Of a stretch of 64,000 bases of DNA, positions 51,347 through 62,260 are shown piece by piece. Every line of letters begins with the position of its first letter. Position 1 is the stretch's first letter. A program made the translations under genes and the position numbers. The stretch spans positions 416,001 through 480,000 of the forward strand of contig CAVOGR010000001.1 of the NCBI GenBank assembly GCA_963695555.1, read 5' to 3'. The notes below the pieces were generated by a model. That model saw only the letters and a program-made list of their open reading frames with translations. It had not been told where the DNA came from and did not search any database. The stretch is from an uncultured Gemmatimonadales bacterium. GTDB lineage: Bacteria > Gemmatimonadota > Gemmatimonadetes > Gemmatimonadales > GWC2-71-9.

Positions 51347-51799
51347 CTAGGGCGCCTCGGCCGGTGTAGGTGCTTCGCTGCTTTGGTCCCGGTCTTCGGG
51401 AGCTGTCACCCCGGCGGCCGCCCGAACGCCGCCCAGCAACTCCCGCATGCGAGCCTCGATCACCTCCATCTCCAACTCCGCAGTTCGTTGATCGCGGAAC
51501 CCGCGCTTTTCGTCCTCGGCAATCCCGTTCAGGCGCCGGATCTCGGCCAGGAGCTGGACCGTCTGGCTCCGGAGCTGGTGAAAACGGCGCCTCGGTCCCT
51601 CCGGGGTGGTCCAGCTGGTCCGTTCCGCCTTCGGCAGCTGCGTCGAAGTCCACACGATGATGGCGAGCAGCGCCACACCAAGACCAGAGCGGAGCAGCGG
51701 GCTCTCGCCTTGATAGATCAACACGGTGGTGACGATGAGGGCGACAACCAGAATGACGGTGAGAAGCACGGCGCGGAGGTTCGAACGTAGAGCTGGCAT
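51347..51799 (-). CDS. hypothetical membrane protein (2 TM plus helical tail)
   Basis: Two hydrophobic segments followed by a charged helical region. Confidence 0.7.
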   Translation of the reverse strand: MPALRSNLRAVLLTVILVVALIVTTVLIYQGESPLLRSGLGVALLAIIVWTSTQLPKAERTSWTTPEGPRRRFHQLRSQTVQLLAEIRRLNGIAEDEKRGFRDQRTAELEMEVIEARMRELLGGVRAAAGVTAPEDRDQSSEAPTPAEAP

Positions 51800-51934
51800 C
51801 GCGTATCCCCGTTGCGGTTCCAATCAGAGCCTGATCACGGCTGCACGAAGCTAGAAGTTTCCTGGCGAATCTGCCAGCCTCGAGATGGTGCGCGAGCTAC
51901 CGTTTTCAGTCCTTGGATTGTGGCGGTGGCACAG

Positions 51935-54719
51935 CTAGAACGCGATCTCGATGCCGAGCCGAACCAGCCTGGGCGGTCCGTAAACGAAGAGCGGCTGGGT
52001 GAAGTCCCGGGCGGCCGCCTCGAACAGCGGCAACAGCTCGTCCTGTCCCTCGATCAACCCATTGCCGTCGAGATCCGCCTGGGCCCGGTACCGCGGCGAT
52101 TCATATGGGATCGCCTCCGGGTGCTCCTGGTACGCCGCCTCGGCCAGGTCCTTGATGCCCTGCTCGTCCAACTCGGGCTCTCCCGTGTCGCGCCGGACGG
52201 CAACCAAGTTTTGCCGGTTGAAGACGTTCCGCATGTCGAGGTAGATGCTCCCCTGCGTTCCCCCCAAACGGATCGACCGGCGGACCAGGAGGTCGATGGT
52301 TGACTGCGATGGGAGCCGCGAGTCGTTTGGCACGCCGACCAAGGAATCGCCGGCCGCGTTGGTCCGGGAGAAGGGAAGCCCCGAACCATAGCGCACGATC
52401 ACTGCGGACTCGAGGCCTGCGAGGGGGCGGATGCCGGCCACCACCGGGCCTACGGTCTCAGGGATCTTCCCCTGCAGGATGATGGTGAGTCCGTGGCGCC
52501 GGTCGAAGTCGAGCGGAAACTCGACCCGGGCCGGAAAGACGGTGTCGCCGCTCGTGGGATCGATGACGGCGGCCTGACGCAGTAGGAAGGCGGACGTCGA
52601 CGTGGCCGTGGCCTGTTGCAGGGTGTAGGTGACCCGTGCGCCGAACCCGTCGAAGGGCTCGCGCTCGAAGATGATCTCGCCGCCCTTCACCGTGCCGACG
52701 TCGGTGTTGCCAAACACCGACGAGTCGGCGCTCACCCCCAAGGGAACCGATGCTACCAAGCCCTCCAACCGCTTGACGAAGGCGTTGAGCCGGAGCGAGA
52801 AATGTTCCCGCGGTCGCGCGCGCAGACTCAGCTCGAATTGGGTCGCCTTCTCGAAGCCGAGGTTGGGGTTGCCGCGGCGGAAGCGACCGGTGCGTGTGGT
52901 GTCATCGAAGGCCGCGTCCACCAGAAACTGGAAGTCGGGCGGCTGGCTGAAGAGACCGTAGCTCGCCACCACTGTGGCGCCGGCTAGGACGGTCGAGACG
53001 GCGGCGCGAGGACTCAGCCGCTGGCGAGCGCCGACATTTTGGCCCGGGAGTTTGGCGCCTGGTGCATCGAACAGGTCGTACCGCAGGCCGCCGGTAAACG
53101 CGACATCGGCCACGCGGACCTGACCCTCCGCGTAGGCGGCGCCGATCAGCGGTGAGAGCTTCGACGCCGTAGCGGGCGGCACCGCGCCGCCCACCGGCTC
53201 GTAGCCCTGCACCCGCTGGAAGGTCTGGACCCGCTGGGTCACCAGCTCGCCACCGGCCAGAATGTCGGTAGTCGCTCCAACGCCCAGGGTCAGGTCAAGT
53301 TGTGAGCGGAACTCGCGGAACCGATTCCAGGCGATCTCGCCGCGGGAGCCCTGACCCAGGAAGAAGGCCGACACGCCCCACGGGGTGCGGTCGCTCAAGT
53401 CGGGGGGGAGGAGCCCCGGGATCGGTGACACGGCGCGGACGGTGTCCTGGGCCCTGGCGATGTCCTCGCCCACAAAGTGGAACCGTTGGCCGGTGATGGC
53501 TCCGAACCGATAGTCGACCGAGTCCTGAAGGGTGCCACGTACGAATGTCCGGTTGTAGAAGCTCGCCCGAAGATCGACCACAAACGGCAGCTTGGCGCTC
53601 GCGCCCGAGGCATGCTGGAAGTGGCCGGTCAGGAGATTCCCGACGGTCCGTCGGCCCGGTGACAACTCGACATCGTACTTGTACAACGGATCGTAAAGCA
53701 GACGTTGGTCTTCGGAGTGAAGCCCGAAGAAGCGGAGCGTGTTTTGGCCACCCGCCGGAATGGTCACTTTCGCGACGGCATCGATCTGCTCGCCGCTATT
53801 GTGCGGCAGCATCCACGGCCGATCGAACCGTGGGTCGCGCGGATCGGCCGGCCGCGGCGCGTTCACCGGGTCGGCATCGAGCCGGCCTGAGATGTCGATC
53901 GCGCCCAGCACGCGGACCCCGCCGCCGAGCGGGCCGTCCGCCGTTACCACGGCGCGGTCGAGCCCCAAGTCCCACGATTGCCAGAGTGGCCGGTCGGTCT
54001 CGTAGAGCACGCGGCCGCTCCACCGCTCGCCGCCGTCTCGCGTCACCACGTTGATCATGCCGGAAAGCGCCTGGCCGTACCGGGCCGAGAAGCCGTTGGT
54101 GACGAGCGATGCCTCGGTGAGGATGTCGGGCGGAATGCGGACGCCGAGCGGACCGCTCGATGCATCGAGTTGGTTCTTGACCCCGACGCCGTCCACGATG
54201 TACGACTGCTGGCCGAGCCGCCCGCCGCGGTAGCTCTCGCCGACGGTGCCGGCGGAGAGCGCGATGCCTTCCTCCAGCGTGGTGACCGGGAGTTCCCTCA
54301 GGTTGGCCGCGGTCACCTTCTGCTCGGCCGACGTAGCCAGCGGGTCGAGCACGGGATCGGGCCGGGCCTGGACCACCAGCTCTTCAACCTCGATGGCCAT
54401 CGCCGTGAGCATCAGGTCGAGTGCGTGGTCTCCCCCCGCGGACCAGCACGCTGTCGAGCCGAACCGGCCGGTACCCGATGGCCCGGACGCGGACGGTGTG
54501 GATGCCGCTCCGGATCACGCGGACGCGGAACCGGCCGTCGGCGCTCGTGACGGCCCCACGCCCGCCCTCGTCGATGGTGATTTGCGCGTTCGCGATCGGT
54601 TGGGTGGTGCCGGCATCGCGCACCCGCCCGCCGATGGCACCGCTGGCCTGCGCTGCCATAGGCGTGGTCCCCAGGAAGACCGCGAGCCCGAGCAGCAGAC
54701 CGATGCGCGGCCCGATCAC
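51935..54719 (-). CDS. TonB-dependent receptor, frameshifted near 54432-54437
   Basis: Signal peptide plus carboxypeptidase-regulatory-like domain (54719-54440) in one frame; plug (FSARYGQALSGMIN) and barrel ending GIEIAF in another; break at a G6 run. Confidence 0.88.
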
Positions 54720-55822
54720 GGGAGCGTGAACAAGTAGAGGTCCGCTCTTCGATCGACGCTGCCCGGAAGAACCTGATACCGCTCAACCACGAGTTTCAGG
54801 CCGTCGGGTGACAACGCGGGACGCCGGTACACCACCGTGGGGCTCGGGTCGAGCACGGTCTCGGTACTGGTTGCGAGATCGACCATCGTGAGCACGCCGC
54901 CCTCGTCCGGCTGGACCGGGCCGAGGACGGGATCGTCGATGAACTCGACGCGGCCGCCGACGATGGCAACCAGCGTGGTCCCCTTCACCGAGACGTCGCG
55001 CACGATGGTGCCGGTGCCGAAGTCGTGAATCACCGTCGTCGCGCCGCTGCCGAGGTCCCTTCGGTACACCTGCGAGTCACCCGACACGGTGTAGTAGATG
55101 GTGTTGGGATTCTCTCCTGGAGTAACCGATGACGCCAGGCCGGTGTTGGGTTCGGCCGAGAATTGCGGGCTCGATCCGCCGAGCTCGACCACCACGATAT
55201 CGCGTCCGGTGGGCAGCGTGTCCGGCGCCGTGCCGATCGTTCCGACCGGCAAGCGGATATAGAAAATGTCCTGGCCGACATACACCAGCCGGGAGTCGTC
55301 GAGCCATGCGAGGTGGGAGATGGCCCCGTGGAATTGCCCGGTCGGCAGCGTGTAAGGAGTGGTTGTGAGCACCGCCGTCGCGAGTGCGTCGGACAGCGGC
55401 GCCAGCAGGAGTGAGGAGCTGAACTGTGGGGTGTGAACACTCGCGCGGGCGCGGAATACTACATAGGCCAGTTGTCCGCCGGTCGAGACGGCGGACGGAC
55501 CGAAGGCATCGATGGTGTCGGAGGTCTCCGGCTGCGGGTCGCAGATTTCCAGCCGGCGCGTTCCGCCATCCGGTGGCAGGATGCCCAGACAGCGATCGCG
55601 GTCGGAGCGGCCGGGAACTTGATAGGAGTAGAGAATGCCCGACCCGTCCGGCAGCCAGGAGGCGTCGAGATCGATGAGCGGGTTCAGGGTGAGGCGGGTA
55701 GGTTGGCCCGGCAGGAGCGGTTGGTTGGCACTCGGCACGTCCGGCGTAAACGCCTCGCCGTGCGTACAGGCGAGCGCCAGGAGGCTCATCCACCTTACGG
55801 ACCTGCCGATCCGGTGGCGCAT
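54716..55822 (-). CDS. TolB-like beta-propeller lipoprotein
   Basis: Lipobox ALAC; WLPDG and LSPDG repeats; GTGA overlap with the receptor gene. Confidence 0.7.
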   Translation of the reverse strand: MRHRIGRSVRWMSLLALACTHGEAFTPDVPSANQPLLPGQPTRLTLNPLIDLDASWLPDGSGILYSYQVPGRSDRDRCLGILPPDGGTRRLEICDPQPETSDTIDAFGPSAVSTGGQLAYVVFRARASVHTPQFSSSLLLAPLSDALATAVLTTTPYTLPTGQFHGAISHLAWLDDSRLVYVGQDIFYIRLPVGTIGTAPDTLPTGRDIVVVELGGSSPQFSAEPNTGLASSVTPGENPNTIYYTVSGDSQVYRRDLGSGATTVIHDFGTGTIVRDVSVKGTTLVAIVGGRVEFIDDPVLGPVQPDEGGVLTMVDLATSTETVLDPSPTVVYRRPALSPDGLKLVVERYQVLPGSVDRRADLYLFTLP

Positions 55823-55919
55823 GCTGAGGCGCTTTCTGGAAAAGAGTCCGGACGCTGCTGAGACCATGGACGTCCTGGCGCGCCGTTCGTGCACAGCCCG
55901 GCCGACGGGACGCATGACG

Positions 55920-57278
55920 CTAGCGCCCCGCTCGCGGGAACACGACCACGCTTTCGCTCCCATCCTCACTGACGGAGGCAACCCCAAAGAAGTAGTTGTC
56001 GATGACCAGGCCCTCGAACGTGTGCTCGGTGGCCAGGCCCACCCAAGCGCTCCGGTCCCACGTAGGCGAATCGGTCGCCCGCCAGTAGACCCGGAAACCC
56101 GCGAGGGCGGAAGTTTCCTCCGGCGGCTCCCACTCGAGGCGCGCGGCCGGTTGAACCGCCCCGCTAATGGTGACGTTCCGCGGCGGAGCCGGAGCCCCGG
56201 CCAGCGAGGCCAGGGTGGCTGCGTTCAGGGCGGTGAGTTTGGCCGCGTAGGCAACATCGACCCCCTCGATCACGTCGCCGTAGGCGATGCCGTCCTCCAC
56301 CCGGATGTCCTGGTGCTGCCGGGTGTAATTCTCGTTGGTCTCCATGACCCGGACCGCCGGAAAGCCGACGTCGGCAAAGGGGCGGTGGTGTCCGCCCCGG
56401 CCGAAACGGTCCAGCCGGTAGATCATCATGACGTCGAGCGTCGGAAAGTAGCGGTCCGCTATCCGGTCGACGTAGCGTGCCAGCTGGCGTGAGACCCCGT
56501 CGACTTCGCCCCCGGTAAAGCGCCGCCGCTGCCGCTCCGCGTCGGTCTCGGTGGGTGGCGTGCCGTCCGAGAAGACCCGTGCCGTGGTGTTGTCGACGTT
56601 TCCGTTCACGCCCTCGATGTTACCGATCATGTCGTTGTTCAAGACTCCGATGACATCCCACCCGCGCTCCTGTGCGTAGCGGGCTACCGTGCCGCCGCCA
56701 TAGAGTCCTTGCTCCTCACCCGAGAGCGCCGCATAGACGATCGAGCCCTGAAACCGCATCCGGCTCAGGACCCGAGCGGCCTCCAGCGTACCCGCGAGGC
56801 CGCTCGCATTGTCGTTCGCCCCGGGTGCGGAATCGGTCGCGTTCATCCCATCACTAATTCTGCTGTCGACGTCACCGCTCATGATGACCACGCGGTTGGG
56901 ATCGGTGGTGCCGCGCTGAACGGCCACGACGTTGACGATGTTGGTCTCCGCGTCGGGGCGGAGCCGCCTGCTTCCGGCGGGAAAGACCTCACCCACAAAC
57001 GAGACCTCCAGACATCCGCCGCATGCAGCGCTGATGACCTCGAATTCCCGTTTGACCCAGCGCCGCGCCGCGCCGATGCCCCGGGTATCGGACAGCGTGT
57101 CGGACAGGGTGTGACGCGTGCCGAAGCCCACCAGGGTCCGGATGTCCGCTTCGATTCGCTCCGTGGAGACGCTCCGGATGATCTGATCGATGCGCACATC
57201 GACTGCGGATGTGGTCTGTGCCATACTGGTGCCCGGAAACATTGAGACGAGGACACCGAGGGAAAGAAGGCAACGCAT
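55920..57278 (-). CDS. M28 family peptidase
   Basis: FGTRHTLS, APGANDNASG, SGEEQGL, NNDMIG, RGGHH. Confidence 0.92.
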   Translation of the reverse strand: MRCLLSLGVLVSMFPGTSMAQTTSAVDVRIDQIIRSVSTERIEADIRTLVGFGTRHTLSDTLSDTRGIGAARRWVKREFEVISAACGGCLEVSFVGEVFPAGSRRLRPDAETNIVNVVAVQRGTTDPNRVVIMSGDVDSRISDGMNATDSAPGANDNASGLAGTLEAARVLSRMRFQGSIVYAALSGEEQGLYGGGTVARYAQERGWDVIGVLNNDMIGNIEGVNGNVDNTTARVFSDGTPPTETDAERQRRRFTGGEVDGVSRQLARYVDRIADRYFPTLDVMMIYRLDRFGRGGHHRPFADVGFPAVRVMETNENYTRQHQDIRVEDGIAYGDVIEGVDVAYAAKLTALNAATLASLAGAPAPPRNVTISGAVQPAARLEWEPPEETSALAGFRVYWRATDSPTWDRSAWVGLATEHTFEGLVIDNYFFGVASVSEDGSESVVVFPRAGR

Positions 57279-57367
57279 GGCCGGCCACCGTAGCGAGTGG
57301 GGTGATTCTGCCTTCGGTATTACCATGACCGGGACCGGCCGGCAAGGTGCCCGATGAGAGCGCCTGA

Positions 57368-57823
57368 CTACATGCCGAGGGTACGGGCCACCGCCGCCAA
57401 GCCCTCCCTGCCCAGCAGCTGGCGGGCCATGGGGAAGAGGACGTGGTCCTCGCGGTCGATGTGGGCGCGGAGCAGATCGACCAGCGCGTGGGCGATGACG
57501 GGGGCCTCAACGACCGGATGCTCGCCGTCCAAAGCCGTACTGAGCTTGTGCTCGAGGTCGCGGAGCTGTACGTGCTCGTCCGCGAACATGCCGGTCGGCG
57601 CATCATCTCCCAGCAGTGGGAACAGGGCCCGCTCTTCGTTGTCGTTGTGCTCGCGTACCGCGGTCGAGAGGAAGGTGTGCACTTGGCGCATCGTCTCGAG
57701 GTGCTCGGCGGGATCTTCCCCGTCCTCGAGCCCCTCGGCGGCCCGCTCGAGCCGCTCGAGCTCGCCGAGGGCGTGATGATGCTCGTCCTCGAACCGGCTG
57801 AGTGGATCTGATGTTGGCATCAT
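57368..57823 (-). CDS. hemerythrin (HHE) domain protein
   Basis: EH...HNDNEERALFP...EH...HIDREDHVLFP. Confidence 0.9.
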   Translation of the reverse strand: MMPTSDPLSRFEDEHHHALGELERLERAAEGLEDGEDPAEHLETMRQVHTFLSTAVREHNDNEERALFPLLGDDAPTGMFADEHVQLRDLEHKLSTALDGEHPVVEAPVIAHALVDLLRAHIDREDHVLFPMARQLLGREGLAAVARTLGM

Positions 57824-57852
57824 GGCGCGTCCCAGTTTGATGTCACCAGCTT

Positions 57853-57921
57853 CTACGCCCTACTCCCCGCTCCCTACCCCCTACACCTCCTACCTCCTAC
57901 CTCCTACCTCCTACTCCCTCC
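57853..57921. repeat. degenerate heptamer tandem array (CTACCTC/CTACTCC), about 9-10 units
   Basis: CTACCTC x3 exact at 57890-57910 plus variants; begins directly after the had-like stop codon. Confidence 0.8.
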
Positions 57922-58944
57922 CTATGGTGTCACCACCCACCGCACGCCCTTCCCCTGGCGCATGCGGTCGAAGCCCTCGTTGATATCCTCGAGGGGCAGG
58001 GTGCCGCTCACGATGGGGTCGAGGGTCAATCGGCCCGTCTCGACCAGCTTCATGATTTCAGGGTACTCCCCGCCGCCGCACCCGAGGCTGCCGACCACTT
58101 CCAACTCGTAGAACATGAGCTTTCCGGCGTTGAGGGGCACCTGCTCGTGGGCAAACCCGATGACACAGAGCCGGCCGCCCTTGCGGAGCAGGTTGAAGCC
58201 CAATGTGATCGTGGCAGGCTGGCCGATGGCCTCGAACGCGATGTCGACACCGCCGTCGGTCAGGGTGCGCACATGCTTGTCGACGCGCTCGACCTCATTC
58301 GAGTTGATAGTCTCGACCGCCCCCAGGCTGCGTGCCGTTTTCAGGTGTTCGTCGTTGATGTCGATGGCGATCACTCGCGCGCCCGCCACAGTGGCGCACT
58401 GGACCACGTTGAGCCCGAGGCCGCCACAGCCCACCACGGCCACGGTGTCCCCGACCCGAACCCGGGCCCGGTTCTTGACGGCGTGGTACGGGGTTGAGAG
58501 CGCGTCCGCGATGACGCAGGCACGTTCCAGGGGCAAAGAGGCTGGGACGGGCACCAGCACGGCCGCGGGCACGGTGACGAAGTCGGCGTAGGCTCCGTCG
58601 ACATGGTTGCCCAGCATGATCAAACGCTCGCACAAGTTTTCCCGGCCATTGCGGCAGTACTCGCACTGGCGGCAGGAATAGACCGACGGGATCAGCACCC
58701 GATCGCCGACCGCATGGGTCTCCACCCCCGCTCCGAGCTCCGCGATGACGCCGGCGGCTTCGTGGCCCAGCACGATCGGCGGCGGTTTGAAGGTCTTGAC
58801 CCCATGCTCGAGATAGTGGAGATCGGTGTGACAGAGGCCGCAGCCATGCACCTTGATGAGCACCTCGCCGGTGGTGGGCTTCGGCGTCGGCACCTCGGTC
58901 AGGTCGAGCGGCCGGTTCGGCCCGTGGTACACCGCGGCTTTCAT
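57922..58944 (-). CDS. had: Zn-dependent dehydrogenase, probable 6-hydroxycyclohex-1-ene-1-carbonyl-CoA dehydrogenase (Had/BamQ/BzdX-like)
   Basis: GCGLCHTDLHY...LGHE, CxxCxxC...C structural Zn site, GCGGLG; the family is clear, the specific call rests on operon context. Confidence 0.68.
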   Translation of the reverse strand: MKAAVYHGPNRPLDLTEVPTPKPTTGEVLIKVHGCGLCHTDLHYLEHGVKTFKPPPIVLGHEAAGVIAELGAGVETHAVGDRVLIPSVYSCRQCEYCRNGRENLCERLIMLGNHVDGAYADFVTVPAAVLVPVPASLPLERACVIADALSTPYHAVKNRARVRVGDTVAVVGCGGLGLNVVQCATVAGARVIAIDINDEHLKTARSLGAVETINSNEVERVDKHVRTLTDGGVDIAFEAIGQPATITLGFNLLRKGGRLCVIGFAHEQVPLNAGKLMFYELEVVGSLGCGGGEYPEIMKLVETGRLTLDPIVSGTLPLEDINEGFDRMRQGKGVRWVVTP

Positions 58945-59255
58945 GGTTCCTCCCCCGGTTGCTTCGTCCGGGTATAGATCGTCGTGAAGTTGAGCAGCAT
59001 GACAAGCTGGCAATCGTCACAGTCGGGTCCGACTTCTTCCTTCCTGAGCGGCTTGGCGCACACCTCGTAGCCCAGGCTTCGATAGAGCTCCATGGCCTCG
59101 TCCGCGCGTTGCTTGTCTGCGATGAACCGGCGCTCCCATCCGGCCGCGACGAGCTCCGGGTCGGCCGTCAAGGCGGAGTCGGCGAGGAGCCGCCGGGCCT
59201 CCGCTTCGACCACGAATCCCAGGCGATCGGCGAGGTCTGAGTCGTTGTCAGACAT
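58941..59255 (-). CDS. hypothetical 104-aa protein with a CxxC motif
   Basis: Overlaps both neighbours; [24 protein letters not shown]. Confidence 0.8.
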   Translation of the reverse strand: MSDNDSDLADRLGFVVEAEARRLLADSALTADPELVAAGWERRFIADKQRADEAMELYRSLGYEVCAKPLRKEEVGPDCDDCQLVMLLNFTTIYTRTKQPGEEP

Positions 59256-60087
59256 CGCGCGCCAAGCGCCCCACTTCGGGGGCGGAGGCCGTCTCCATCA
59301 ATTTCTCGACCCGCCGCTGCCCGAGGATCGCGGCGCCGAGAGCGGCGGTGAATTGGACCAAGTCGTTGCCCGGCACGTTGACCTCGGAGCCCAGCTGCTC
59401 GCGCACCACAGTCGACCATCCTCTCGAAGCGGAGGATGCCGCCGATCAGCGTGAACTCGGGCTCCATCCGAACCCGCTTCATCAACTGGACCGAGCGCCC
59501 GACCAGCGACACGATGGCGCCGTGCATGATGTCGGCCGGTGGCATGCCCTCGGACAGGTGGTTGATGACCTCCGACTCGGCGAACACGGCGCAGACGCCG
59601 GAGATCGGGACCGGCGTCTTCGAGGTGCTGACCAGCGGCCCGATCTCCTTCGTGCTGAACCCCATGTAGCGCGCAGTCTTCTCGAGGAACGCTCCGGTGC
59701 CCGCGGCGCACTTGTCGTTCAAGCGGAACGATTTGACCTTGCAGTCGTCGCTCGAGTCGGCTGGCCTTCATCGTCTGGCCGCCGACGTCGAGCATGGTGC
59801 GGGTGCCGGGGAAGAGGAAGGTCGCGCCGCGGGCCGCGGCCGTGAGGTCGGTGACCTGGACGTCGGCCGAAGTCCACTTGGTGGCGGCCGAATCCCGTCG
59901 ACACGATGTAGGCGATGCGGTCCAGCGGGACGCCGGCCTCGGCCGCGGCGTCGTGGAGTACCCGCTTCGCAACCTCCGCCAGCTTGAAACCGGTGGGCTC
60001 GATCGCCTGGCCCACGATGTGGCCAAGGGGCCCCAGGATCACGGCCTTGGTGTAGGTCGACCCGACGTCGATGCCGGCGGTATTCAT
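59248..60087 (-). CDS. bcrD: benzoyl-CoA reductase activase subunit, BcrD/BzdP-like (frameshifted)
   Basis: [48 protein letters not shown] across several frames. Confidence 0.75.
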
Positions 60088-60913
60088 TAGTCCGCTCCGT
60101 GGGTCAGGTTGGCAGGGGCGCGGCTGGCCAGGATCCGGTCGAGCGCGAAGAGGGCGGCGCCGATCGCGCCCATGAAGTGCGACTCCTCGCTGACGTTGAC
60201 CTTGAGGCCCAGGCGTTCGTTCGAGCGCCTCGATCATCGCCACGTTCCTAGCGACGCCGCCGGTGAAGGTGACTTCGTCCTCGATGCCCACCCGGCGCAA
60301 CAGCCCGACCGACCGCGACGCGATCGACTGATGCACGCCCGAGCAGGATGTCCTCGATCTTCTTGCCCTTGCCGAGCCAGGAGAGCACCTCCGACTCGGC
60401 GAACACCGTGCAGGTGGTGCTGATCTTGACGGGCCGCTCGCCTCGGAGCGCGGTTGGTCCCAAGTTGCTCGAGCGGGATGTCGAGGGCGCTCGAGGCCGC
60501 GCCGAGGAACCGCCCGGTGCCGGCCGCGCACTTGTCGTTCATGCAGAAGTCGACGATCTCGCCCGTGGGCGGCCACGCGGATCGCCTTGGTGTCCTGGCC
60601 GCCCATGTCGACCACGGTGCGGGTGTTCGGGAAACATGTGCACCGCGCCGCGCCCGTGGCAGCTGATCTCGGTCACCTGGGTGTTGCCGAAGGTGACCTT
60701 GTAGCGGCCGTAGCCGGTGCCGACGACGTACTCGACTTCCTCTTCGCGGAGTCTGCCGTCGGCGAGCGCCTCGCTCGAACGCGCACTGCGGCGGCGCGCA
60801 CCACGTTGGCGCCGGTATCGATGAGCGCGCGGCCGACGATCGCGCTTCGCCTCGTCGATGATGACCGCCTTGGTCTGGGTGGATCCGACGTCGACTCCTG
60901 CTGCGTAGGCCAT
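60087..60913 (-). CDS. bcrA: benzoyl-CoA reductase activase subunit, short BcrA/BzdQ-like (frameshifted)
   Basis: [63 protein letters not shown]. Confidence 0.72.
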
Positions 60914-62245
60914 GGTCTCCTCGGCTTCAGCGTCCGGCGTCGCCGGCTGTGCTGTCGTTTGCGGGTCGCCAGGCCCTCGAAGAAGGCGTCGACCCGGTTC
61001 TTGATCTGCGCTTCGGAGACCACCCGCCGGTCCATCATGTCGGACTCGATGAACAGGCTCGCGATATCGCGTTTGTCCGATCAGCGCCCGCCGGCTGTCG
61101 GCCAGCCCGGTCGAGACGGTGCGGCAGCTCTTGATCGGGTGGTAGACGACGCCGTCGGCGCCGAAGTCGTCGATCATGCCGTCGAGGATCGGCGGTCTGG
61201 TGGAACATGCTGTCCATCGCGTCGCGCACGCTGATCAGCACCCCCTCGGCGAGGCTCTCGAGCGGCCGCTCGAGGTCGTACTCGAAGCCCAGGTTCGAGC
61301 CGCCCGAGGCGAACCAGAGGTAGGTCGAGTTGACGAACGTGCCGCCCCATTCGGTGAACAGCTCGTTGAAGCGGCGGAAGATCGGGTAGCAGGGGACGCC
61401 GACGAAGAGCAGGCGGTACTGCTCGTCGGTCAGCGTGCCGATGCCGTGCGCGGCCTTGTACTCCATCTCCTCGACCAGATCCGTGAAGTAGGCGGCGCCC
61501 GCGCGGCGTGCCGCGGAAGCCGTTGGCGACGCCGAGGTAGATGGTGCCGTCGGTGAGCGCGTTGAAGAGCGACGGGCGGCTGCGGTTGAGCTCGAGCACC
61601 CGCTTCCAGCCGCGGCTCATGGTGTTGGCGTGAGCCATCGCCTCGCGCAGCCGGTCGATGTCGAAGTGCTTGCCGGTGACCTTCTCGCAGAGCGCGATGA
61701 GCTCCGCGATCTGCGCCTCGACGTAGCGGCGGTCGTTCTCGAAGTCGCCGTCGCCGGGCCAGGTCTGGCCGCCCGGCCGCGCGTGCCGGGCACGTCGAGG
61801 GTGAAGATCGGGATCTCGTACATGCGCTCCCAGATCTCGGCCCACTTGATGTAGGTGTTGCAGGCGTTGGTGTAGCACCGCGAGGGCCGGCTTCGGGATC
61901 CGCCCCATCGGGATGCTGCGCCGCCGCGCAGCTGCACGGCGACGTCGGCCTTGACGTAGCCGCAGATGTCGGGCGAGTAGCCGTAGTCCTCGGCCTCGTC
62001 CAGGTACTCGTGCGCGACGCGGCGCACGGCGGTCTGCAGCGAGTTGATCTCGGGAAAGACGATCGGAAGGTCGAAGGCCTGCGAGGAGCTCGGCCAGGCT
62101 GCCCATGACGAAGACGTAGGCGGCCGCCTCGGCCTCGCTCGGCGCGCCTGCGCCGAGTTCGGCGAACCACTGCCGGAAGAGCTGGGCGCCGTCGCGGTTG
62201 CCGCGTCCGACGAGTGCTGGGATGCTCGCTCTGCGTGTCGGCCAT
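60914..62245 (-). CDS. bcrB: benzoyl-CoA reductase subunit B-like (2-hydroxyacyl-CoA dehydratase family; frameshifted, 3' end approximate)
   Basis: [53 protein letters not shown] follow the order of T. aromatica BcrB motifs as I recall them. Confidence 0.75.
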
Positions 62246-62260
62246 GGAGTCTCGCCTGGC

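Noticed and set aside
57853..57921. CRISPR array
   Set aside because: 7-nt tandem units without spacers and no cas genes
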